From contig NZ_SOAZ01000007.1 of assembly GCF_004364155.1 (NCBI RefSeq), forward strand, positions 65,167-129,166: a DNA stretch of 64,000 nucleotides. Reading direction: 5' to 3'. Shown here piece after piece: positions 9,406 to 17,496 of this stretch (positions are counted from its first letter, which is position 1; every line of letters begins with the position of its first letter). The notes beneath the pieces are model-generated. The model worked only from the letters and a program-made list of their open reading frames with translations. It was not told where the DNA came from and did not search any database. The translations under genes were made by a program, and so were the position numbers. Source of the DNA: Fonticella tunisiensis. Lineage in GTDB: Bacteria > Bacillota > Clostridia > Clostridiales > Caloramatoraceae.

Positions 9406-10332
9406 TTAGTAGTTTGGAATAAGCTCACCTCTTACCACTTTTCTTTGATATTCTAATACTTCTTCGCTATTAATAAATTGCTCAAATATTTTCTTAATTC
9501 CATAGTTATTTTTATTAACTACGATAACTGCTTCTGTATCTTCTCCATTAAAGTCATTATTTTTTAAAGGATAATGTTTGATATCCAGTTTTCTTTCCAC
9601 AATCTCATCTATATTCCATATGGCTGCATCAATTTCTCCTGTAGTAAGTTTCAATATTAACTGGCTATATGATAAATCGATAAGGTTTACTTTCTTACCC
9701 TTGCACTGCTCCAAAGTAAGAAGATAATGATCAATGGAACTTTTATCTATTCCTACTTTCATCCCATCTTTAATAGTGTTATCATTTGAATCTGAGAATA
9801 TAATTACATGCTCATTAACATAGCTGTATTTTCCGAACTCCACTGCTATATCAACTTCTACTCCATTTTTTATACTATAAAGGGCAGCTAGTTTTGAAAC
9901 TATGGCAAAATCATATCTTCCATCTTTTAAAGCTCTAATTCTAGTTTCTGCTCCCCTCATATAAGCTATGCTGAAGGGGAATTTTTTATGGCTGGCTACT
10001 TTGTATAATCCTGTAGCTAAACCTTCATAGAGCTTCGAGTATGGCAAGGGCATAACGCCTGTAATTGTTCCAAAATCAGTAAACTCCCAGAGTATTTCAT
10101 AGTCTATACTGCTTATGAAAGTCCCTAAGTGTCCCCTTGGTTCAAGCCTAATAGCTTTATATTCTTCAAGAAGCTTTATTGCAGACTGCACTGTTCCCCT
10201 TGCCGTTTTATATTTATAGGAATATTCCGCAATAGTGCTAATACGGTCCCCAACATTCATTGTTATGAATTCCCTTGCTAGTTTCATAGCAACAAGACCA
10301 TTTTTTTGTAGTAATTGTGTTTTAATGCTCAT
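9406..10332 (-). CDS. yhfZ: YhfZ-family transcriptional regulator (N-terminal GntR-like HTH plus C-terminal periplasmic-binding-like domain)
   Basis: 308 aa against E. coli YhfZ at 301 aa. HTH region ISTIAEYSYKYKTARGTVQSAIKLLEE. First gene of the cluster. AAGGTGA RBS. Confidence 0.6.
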   Translation of the reverse strand: MSIKTQLLQKNGLVAMKLAREFITMNVGDRISTIAEYSYKYKTARGTVQSAIKLLEEYKAIRLEPRGHLGTFISSIDYEILWEFTDFGTITGVMPLPYSKLYEGLATGLYKVASHKKFPFSIAYMRGAETRIRALKDGRYDFAIVSKLAALYSIKNGVEVDIAVEFGKYSYVNEHVIIFSDSNDNTIKDGMKVGIDKSSIDHYLLTLEQCKGKKVNLIDLSYSQLILKLTTGEIDAAIWNIDEIVERKLDIKHYPLKNNDFNGEDTEAVIVVNKNNYGIKKIFEQFINSEEVLEYQRKVVRGELIPNY

Positions 10333-10347
10333 TTAATCACCTTAATA

Positions 10348-10430
10348 TACAATTTTCTGTACTTTATAATAACATTTATCTTTAGGCATTTCAATATATT
10401 TTTCGTAATATTTAAAATTATTTAATTATT
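10348..10430. repeat. Direct repeat copy 1 (5' region of yhfZ), ~88% identical to 11190-11275
   Basis: aatatacaattttctgtactttataataacatttatctttaggcatttcaatatatttttcgtaatatttaaaatt. Confidence 0.75.
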
Positions 10431-10504
10431 TATTAGATATGTAAACAGCATTCTATACTTTTAATTTTATTAAAGTTTGCTAGCTTCCTCTTTATCCACA
10501 ATAA

Positions 10505-11200
10505 TAGTCACATCTTAATGCAGATGTAAAATCGAAGCAGGGACTTCAGGAGAAATTTTCCCTTTTACAGTTCGTGCTATAGCATCAGACTTTGCAATAC
10601 TGCTAGCTAGAAGAATCATTATCTTTGAATGCATTATAGTTTTTATCCTCATACTTATAGCCTTTTTTGGTACTTTATCAATAGAATTGAAAAATCTAGA
10701 ATTCGCCCCAATAGTGCTTCTATCAAGATTTACAAGGTGGGTTTTCGCCTCAAAATTAACGTCCGGTTCATTAAATCCTATATATCCAATTATCCCTATT
10801 CCAAGAATCTGAATATCTATCCCACCGGCTTCTTTTATTTTTCTCTCATAGTTTAAACACTCTTGTTCTATGTCCTTTGCGTACCATTAGGTATATTAAT
10901 ATTCTGGGTTTAAATATTCTATGTGGCTAAACAGGTTTTTCATCATGTAGTAATAATAACTTTGTAGATTTTTTTCCGATTCCATAGTATTCATCCAGGT
11001 TAAATGTTTTAACTCTCGAAAAATCTATTTCTTTATTATTGTACATTTTAATTGATTCTTTATACATTCCTAATGGTGTATCCCCCGTAGCTAGTCATAA
11101 AATGCTGTTTGGTTTTAAAATTATCTAGTTTGCTATAAAAGTAACTACTTTTTTTGTAGCAAATACGTTTGTATATTCTTGTTTAAACTCAATATACAAT
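10505..11200 (-). pseudogene. nagB: Glucosamine-6-phosphate deaminase (nagB) pseudogene
   Basis: Hand translation of the minus strand gives NagB-like [42 protein letters not shown] and a C-terminal PASILHLH. It carries at least 4 in-frame stops and a +1 frameshift in an A7 run. Confidence 0.75.
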
Positions 11201-11275
11201 TTTCTGTATTCTCATAATAACATTTATTTTTACGTTTTTTCAATATATTTTTATAATATTTAAAATTGCTTAACT
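11190..11275. repeat. Direct repeat copy 2 (5' region of the nagB pseudogene)
   Basis: aatatacaattttctgtattctcataataacatttatttttacgttttttcaatatatttttataatatttaaaatt. Confidence 0.75.
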
Positions 11276-11346
11276 TTTTGTGAAAACTATGAGTTACAAA
11301 CAGAAACGGAAACTCGGAAATCAGCAGCTGAAAGGTATACAATTTA

Positions 11347-12069
11347 TTAACCACTTCCAAACCATCGCAATCTATATGCGTTAATCGCAGTATCACCCAG
11401 TTTGTTCATAAGCTTATAATTGGCATAGGCACCAACTGCTGCACCTATGCCTGGAACGAGCTGAAGCATTTTTGCAACATCGATGTAATCCCTGTATTCC
11501 TGTTGAAAGGTTTTCCAGTCGAAGGAGTTTAAATCCCTGGGAAGTTCATGTACTCTTTTCTCCCAGTCCAGTATTTCATAATAAACCTCTCTCCTTCTCA
11601 TTTCACTTGAAAAGGCCAGCTGGAAAATATAAAGAATATACAACCTTTCCTTATAGTCTTTTACATCAAAACCATATAGGCTTGCCGCATCAAAGAGGAA
11701 TTTCATCTTAAGGCTCAATAGAAGGGGAAAATCAGTTAATCCAAGTATAATACCTCCAGCCCCGGTTCCTGCGCCGCTTACTGCAGCAGCTTTTTTATAA
11801 AAATCTATTTTATTCCTTACCTGCTCCTCCCTCTCCCGCAGTGAGCCAACTATTAATGGTCCCTTTGTAATATACTCAGAGCCGATGATAACTGCCTTTA
11901 CCATGTTCTTTATTGCTACAGTAATAACCTCATGAAATTTTTCAGGTATTAAATCATTTATTTTATTTTGCACTCCCTTTGTAAGCCTTCCTGTAATAGA
12001 TGGCCTTTTGCTCATCTTCTTCTGCCAGTATTTTAGTTCCTCTAAGGCTTTTTCTTCATACAAATCCAT
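11347..12069 (-). CDS. EcsC family protein
   Basis: 240 aa. Glycine-rich AAVSGAGTGAGGIILG segment and the overall EcsC pattern. No ecsA/ecsB nearby. Confidence 0.55.
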   Translation of the reverse strand: MDLYEEKALEELKYWQKKMSKRPSITGRLTKGVQNKINDLIPEKFHEVITVAIKNMVKAVIIGSEYITKGPLIVGSLREREEQVRNKIDFYKKAAAVSGAGTGAGGIILGLTDFPLLLSLKMKFLFDAASLYGFDVKDYKERLYILYIFQLAFSSEMRRREVYYEILDWEKRVHELPRDLNSFDWKTFQQEYRDYIDVAKMLQLVPGIGAAVGAYANYKLMNKLGDTAINAYRLRWFGSG

Positions 12070-12249
12070 ATCATTACCTCACAAAACACTATTTTTCTAT
12101 TTCCATAATCCTTTATATTTTTCTTCTGTCCTATTATATCCTTTTAGTTTAAAGCTTTATTCACACTATCAACAGTATCTATTTAAAATATATCTTTAAA
12201 TAATAACTAAATCAAATATATAAATTAATACGTTGTGCTATTTCACAAA

Positions 12250-12352
12250 CCTTCTTAGACTGTGCGAATCCGATGCCATAGAGTTTCTTTGCGAAGTGCA
12301 GTAGCGACTGGAATATATTTTTTATCACAGCATCGGCCTGTAAATTTATCTA
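12250..12352. repeat. MITE-like element, partial copy (right TIR end)
   Basis: ggaatatattttttatcacagcatcggcctgtaaatttatct matches the terminus of the full copies. Confidence 0.6.
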
Positions 12353-13006
12353 TCAAAACGAGTTAAATTAGCAAATTTCTTATTCCTAACATCTGATAGT
12401 GCCTTTACATTTCAACCATTCTAAATGATTCTGGTAGGAATAGGTTTTAAAGCCGCTATAAGTTTATATCTCAACATTAAGCTAGTAACAATAATAAATT
12501 AAACCTATCCTTTTATGTCAATTGTTCATAAATATTGGTAAAATACAATTTTTAATGTATTTTGAAGAAATCATAAGAATTATAGCTTATATTGTGTTTT
12601 TTAATTAATTTTTTGTCTTGACTTTACAAGAGCATAAATTTATGTTATCATTCTTAATAACAATTATTCATTATCTTCTAAAACTCAATATCTTTCAGAG
12701 TTAGCATTTTATGCTTTCTTTTAAACAAGTCTTTAATTTTATCTATCTTTCAACTTTAAGCCAATTGGTTTTAAGATCGATCTTATTGAAACTCTGTGGG
12801 ATCATTTCATTATTCACAAATGATTATTAGAATCTGTCTTAATGAATTCAGACCTAAATTTTACCTGTTATAAAAGGCTTGTTTCATTAACTTTCCTATT
12901 AAAAGTCTGTTTCTCATGTGCTGCCTTTACTTCTTTCAATTTCTATGGGATCCCCTTTCATAAGCTCTTTTAAGGCAGTAAATTGCTATTTAAAGGAGGT
13001 AGATCA

Positions 13007-14134
13007 ATGATAGAATTCAAGAATGTAAAAAAATCCTTTAAAAACAATGAAATCCTTAAAGGAATTAACCTTAAAATCAATAAGGGTGAGCTTGTTGTAC
13101 TCATTGGACCCAGTGGATGTGGTAAGACAACTACACTTAAGATGATAAATAAACTTATAAATCCTACATCTGGAAAAATACTCATAAACGGAAAAGACAT
13201 AGCTAACGAAGATACAATAGAACTTAGAAGAAACATAGGATATGTAATTCAGCAGACAGGTCTCTTTCCTCATATGACAGTTAGAGAAAACATTGGTCTT
13301 GTTCCTTACCTAAAGAAATGGCCAGAGGACAAGATTAGGAAAAGAACCATTGAACTTTTAGAACTTGTTGGACTAAAGCCCGATGAGTATATTGATAGAT
13401 ACCCCGGCGAACTTAGTGGTGGACAACAGCAAAGGATCGGCATTGCACGAGCATTTGCGGCAGACCCTGAAATAATCCTAATGGACGAGCCTTTCAGTGC
13501 CCTTGACCCTATAACAAGAAACCAGCTTCAGGACGAATTATTTAATCTGCAGAATGAGCTTAAAAAGACAATAATTTTTGTTACCCATGATATAGACGAA
13601 GCTCTAAAGCTTGGAAATAGAATATGCATTATGAAGGATGGAAATATACTTCAATTCGATACTCCTGAGAACATTCTAAAGAATCCTGCCCATGGATTTG
13701 TTGAGGAATTCGTAGGAAAGAAAAGGATCTGGAATCAGCCAGAACTTATAAAAGCAAAGGATATTATGATAGAGGATCCTATAAAGACTACTGGAAAAAG
13801 AACTGTTTTTCAGGGAATTGAAATGATGACATCAAATCAAGTTAACAGTCTTATGATTGTAAACAAAGATGGGAAACTTGAAGGAATAGTAACATTGAAG
13901 GATATCAGAAAGTCTCAGGATAACAACTTAAAGCTTGAAGATATAATGGAACAAAATATAATATCAGTTAATGTTAATGATTCCATAGTAAACATATTGG
14001 AAAAAATGAATGAAAATAATGTAGGATATATTCCAGTTACAGATAGTGAAATGAGACTTGTTGGCCTTATTACAAGAAGCAGCTTATTAACTGTCCTCAG
14101 CAGGCAGTTCCTTGATGAGGAGGTGGCTAATTAA
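13007..14134 (+). CDS. Glycine betaine/carnitine/choline ABC transporter ATP-binding protein with tandem CBS domains (OpuCA/OpuAA type)
   Basis: Walker A GPSGCGKTT, LSGGQQQR signature and a C-terminal CBS pair. AGGAGG RBS 7 nt before the ATG at 13007. Confidence 0.8.
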   Translation: MIEFKNVKKSFKNNEILKGINLKINKGELVVLIGPSGCGKTTTLKMINKLINPTSGKILINGKDIANEDTIELRRNIGYVIQQTGLFPHMTVRENIGLVPYLKKWPEDKIRKRTIELLELVGLKPDEYIDRYPGELSGGQQQRIGIARAFAADPEIILMDEPFSALDPITRNQLQDELFNLQNELKKTIIFVTHDIDEALKLGNRICIMKDGNILQFDTPENILKNPAHGFVEEFVGKKRIWNQPELIKAKDIMIEDPIKTTGKRTVFQGIEMMTSNQVNSLMIVNKDGKLEGIVTLKDIRKSQDNNLKLEDIMEQNIISVNVNDSIVNILEKMNENNVGYIPVTDSEMRLVGLITRSSLLTVLSRQFLDEEVAN

Positions 14135-15708
14135 TGCTAAAAGAGTTTTTAGATTTTGTATTAAGTAGACAGGATCAAATATTAAAATTGTTATCTGAGC
14201 ATATCACGTTAACTATATTCGCCGTATTACTTTCAATACTCATAGGCATTCCACTCGGTATATTAATAACAAGAATTAAGAAGCTTTCAGGACCTGTAAT
14301 AGGAGCTGCAAACATAGTACAAGCAATTCCAAGCCTTGCCCTTTTAGGTTTCCTTATTCCGTTTCTTGGAATAGGAAGCAAACCTGCAATAGTTATGGTA
14401 TTTCTTTATTCTTTGCTTCCTATTATTAAAAATACCTACACAGGCCTTACAAACATAAATCCTGACATGCTTGAAGCCTCAAGGGCAATGGGAATGACAG
14501 GCAGCCAGATCTTAAGAATGGTTCAGCTTCCACTAGCACTTCCTATTATCATGACGGGCATAAGAATATCTGCAGTTACAGCGGTGGGACTTATGACAAT
14601 CGCTGCCTTCGTTGGAGCAGGGGGACTAGGATACATGGTATTTTCAGGTGTGCAAACAGTTAATAACTATATGATTTTAGCTGGCGCTATTCCTGCATGT
14701 ATACTTGCCCTTTTAATGGACTTTATTATTGGAAAGGTTGAAGGTGTTGTAACACCCCAGGGAATCAAAACAGGAGACAGATATTCAAAGACTAAAAAAA
14801 GCAGTCACATACCAAAAAAGGTTAGCGCTGCTATTGCAGGAGGGTTGGCAATCATTCTAATTGCTGGAATTTTGACATCCATTGGTGGTAAAAAGGATAC
14901 CATAGTAATAGGTTCGAAGGACTTCAATGAACAGCTCATACTTGGAAATATGATGGCTATACTCATCGAGGAAAACACTGATTTAAAGGTTGAGAAAAAA
15001 TTAAATTTGGGCGGTACAAACGTTGTATTTAGCGCTTTAAAAACAGGAGATGTCGATTTATATGTTGAATATACAGGTACAGGCCTAGTTAACATTATGC
15101 AGCATGATGTTGTAAACGATCCTGATGAGGCATATAACATTGTAAAGGAATATTTTGATAAAAACTACAACCTTAAATGGCTAAAGCCCCTCGGATTTAA
15201 CAACACATATACCCTGGCAGTTACAAAGGAAACAGCTAAAAAGTATAGCCTTGAAACCTTCTCAGATCTTGCAAAAGTTAGCGATAAGCTTATTTTAGGT
15301 TCTACAATAGAATTCTCTACCAGACCTGATGGGTATCCTGGATTAAAAGAAGCCTATAACATGAATTTTGGTGATGTTAAAGCTGTAAATGGAGGTCTTA
15401 GATATACAGCAATCAACAGCGGTAAATCACATGTTATAGACGCCTTTGCAACAGATGGGCTATTGAAGGCCTTTGACCTTAAAGTTCTAAAGGATGACAA
15501 ACAGTTCTTCCCACCATACTTTGCAGCTCCACTTGTTAGAAAGGACACTCTAAATAAACATCCTGAAATTGAGGGAATTTTAAATAAACTTTCAGGGCTT
15601 ATAAACGATGATGTTATGAGGGATCTTAACTACAGAGTAGATAAGCTAAATGAAAAACCTGAAGATGTGGCAAGGAATTTCCTGAAGGAAAAAGGATTAA
15701 TTAAATAA
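14134..15708 (+). CDS. Fused ABC permease plus substrate-binding domain of an OpuC/OpuB-type compatible-solute importer
   Basis: N-terminal half carries the permease EAA-like region. C-terminal ~300 aa is an OpuAC-like binding domain. TAATG start/stop overlap with the ATPase gene. Confidence 0.75.
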   Translation: MLKEFLDFVLSRQDQILKLLSEHITLTIFAVLLSILIGIPLGILITRIKKLSGPVIGAANIVQAIPSLALLGFLIPFLGIGSKPAIVMVFLYSLLPIIKNTYTGLTNINPDMLEASRAMGMTGSQILRMVQLPLALPIIMTGIRISAVTAVGLMTIAAFVGAGGLGYMVFSGVQTVNNYMILAGAIPACILALLMDFIIGKVEGVVTPQGIKTGDRYSKTKKSSHIPKKVSAAIAGGLAIILIAGILTSIGGKKDTIVIGSKDFNEQLILGNMMAILIEENTDLKVEKKLNLGGTNVVFSALKTGDVDLYVEYTGTGLVNIMQHDVVNDPDEAYNIVKEYFDKNYNLKWLKPLGFNNTYTLAVTKETAKKYSLETFSDLAKVSDKLILGSTIEFSTRPDGYPGLKEAYNMNFGDVKAVNGGLRYTAINSGKSHVIDAFATDGLLKAFDLKVLKDDKQFFPPYFAAPLVRKDTLNKHPEIEGILNKLSGLINDDVMRDLNYRVDKLNEKPEDVARNFLKEKGLIK

Positions 15709-15735
15709 CAAAATTAAATTATTAAGAATTTATTA

Positions 15736-15782
15736 AGGAGAGCATACATCGTTTTGTGTAAATACATCTATGTATGCTCTCT
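15736..15782. terminator. Bidirectional terminator between opuC and the GH13 gene
   Basis: Hairpin gagagcatacat...atgtatgctctc followed by a T-run. Confidence 0.6.
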
Positions 15783-15795
15783 TTATTATAGTTAC

Positions 15796-17496
15796 TTAAT
15801 TCTTTATCCACACAAATTCATATGGTGCTAAAGCCAGCTCTCCATCTATCTTTCTTCCTGTTAAAATGTCTTCTCCTTTGAAGTTTCCATTTATTTTTAC
15901 TTCCCTTGAGTCCACATTAACAACAAATGTTATTCTTTCTACCGTTTCTTTGTCTTCCCTCTCAAGGGCAAATACCTTATTACCTAAATCAAGAACCCTC
16001 TGGGGAGCATATGGTGAAAAGGGGCTTTCCTTCTTTCGTAGGTTTATCATTTTTTTCAAGCCGTTAAATATTGCCTTCCTTCTTTCATCAGTTTCAAGCT
16101 CAAAAGCTATGCGGTTATACTCCAGTTTTTCACGGTTGATTCTACGGTTTATGCCTGATTTTTCTAATCCTTCATAGTCATTTCTTGATCCTAAAAGTGA
16201 ATGATAATATATTGCTGGAACCCCTATTAATGATAATAGTATGGAATGGGCAGCAAGCATCTTTCTTACCTGTAATTCTAAGGTAGTGTCCTCATTCTTG
16301 TTTATCAGAGCATCCTGATAGTTTATGTTAAGTTCATATATTGACTGGCTTCCATCGGTGTTGGTTTTATAGGATACACGTCCACCATTTTCTATAACCT
16401 TATCAATAAGTAATTTCTTTTCTTCCTCTGTTAATATTCCCTCAGTTGGGCGCATTCCTATTCCATCATGACTTGCTAAGAAGTTAAAATAGGTAGCCTC
16501 ATCTGAGACTTTGCTTATGGTTTTTGACCACTCTGTAAGCTTTGAAGAATTATGGGTTGTTAGGGTAAATAATACAAGGGGCGGCAGTGAAAACTGATAC
16601 ACCATATGAGCTTCATTTTTACCATCTCCAAAATAACTTATGTTCTCCTTATGAGGCACATTTGTTTCAGTTATTATCTGGGTATTCCTCTTGAAATAAT
16701 CAAGTAAACCTCTCCACAGCTGGATTACAGCATGGGTTTGAGGAAGATGCATACATGTTGTACCTGATTCCTTCCAGAGGAAACCTATGGCATCCAAACG
16801 GATACTTGTTGCACCTCTATGGGCATACGTAAGTATTATGTCCGTCATCTCTAAAAGTACAGGAAAATGGCGGAAATTAAGATCCACCTGATCCTCGCTA
16901 AAAGTAGTCCAGGCTGTTTTTACTCCATTTTTTCCTTTATATTCATGGAAAAGCGGAGAGATCCTGGGACGAATAACCTTGCTTGTATCAAAATTTTCAT
17001 CGTATGGAATAAAATATTCCTTATATTTTTCATCATCATTTAAATAGCCCTTAAACCACTCACTGCTTTTTGAAATGTGGTTTGCAACAAAATCAAACAT
17101 CAATCTGTAATCCTTAGATAAGCTCTCAATATCCTCCCAGTCTCCTAAATCTTCATTTATTTTTCTATAATCAACAACTGAAAATCCATCATCGGAGGTG
17201 TATTCAAACATTGGAAGAAGATGAACATCAGTTATTACATCACCTACATAATTTTTTAGAAATTTGTGTAAGGTTTTTAAAGTTGGCATTCCCTTTTCAT
17301 AAATGCTGTCCCCATAGGTAATTAAGTAGACATTCTCCTGTGAAACAGGAAGGGCCCTATCCCAATTTGTTTCTTCCCATTTGCTTATCAGTAAATTCAT
17401 TTCGTCCAGGTAGCTTTGTTTATATTCTTCTCCGTAAATGAGCTTTAGCTTATCTTCAATTAGCCTAATAAGTTTATTTTTATCCACATCCTTCAC
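15796..17496 (-). CDS. GH13 subfamily-18 glycoside phosphorylase (sucrose phosphorylase family; specificity unknown)
   Basis: 566 aa. Sucrose-phosphorylase-like N-terminus (ITYGDS...LPMFEY..DDGFSVVDY) and the GH13 catalytic region. 4-nt overlap with mngB. Confidence 0.7.
   Translation of the reverse strand: MKDVDKNKLIRLIEDKLKLIYGEEYKQSYLDEMNLLISKWEETNWDRALPVSQENVYLITYGDSIYEKGMPTLKTLHKFLKNYVGDVITDVHLLPMFEYTSDDGFSVVDYRKINEDLGDWEDIESLSKDYRLMFDFVANHISKSSEWFKGYLNDDEKYKEYFIPYDENFDTSKVIRPRISPLFHEYKGKNGVKTAWTTFSEDQVDLNFRHFPVLLEMTDIILTYAHRGATSIRLDAIGFLWKESGTTCMHLPQTHAVIQLWRGLLDYFKRNTQIITETNVPHKENISYFGDGKNEAHMVYQFSLPPLVLFTLTTHNSSKLTEWSKTISKVSDEATYFNFLASHDGIGMRPTEGILTEEEKKLLIDKVIENGGRVSYKTNTDGSQSIYELNINYQDALINKNEDTTLELQVRKMLAAHSILLSLIGVPAIYYHSLLGSRNDYEGLEKSGINRRINREKLEYNRIAFELETDERRKAIFNGLKKMINLRKKESPFSPYAPQRVLDLGNKVFALEREDKETVERITFVVNVDSREVKINGNFKGEDILTGRKIDGELALAPYEFVWIKN

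Noticed and set aside
10629-10856. 75-aa plus-strand ORF
   Set aside because: It lies antisense to the clearly recognisable nagB pseudogene reading frame, has no RBS and a low-complexity product.
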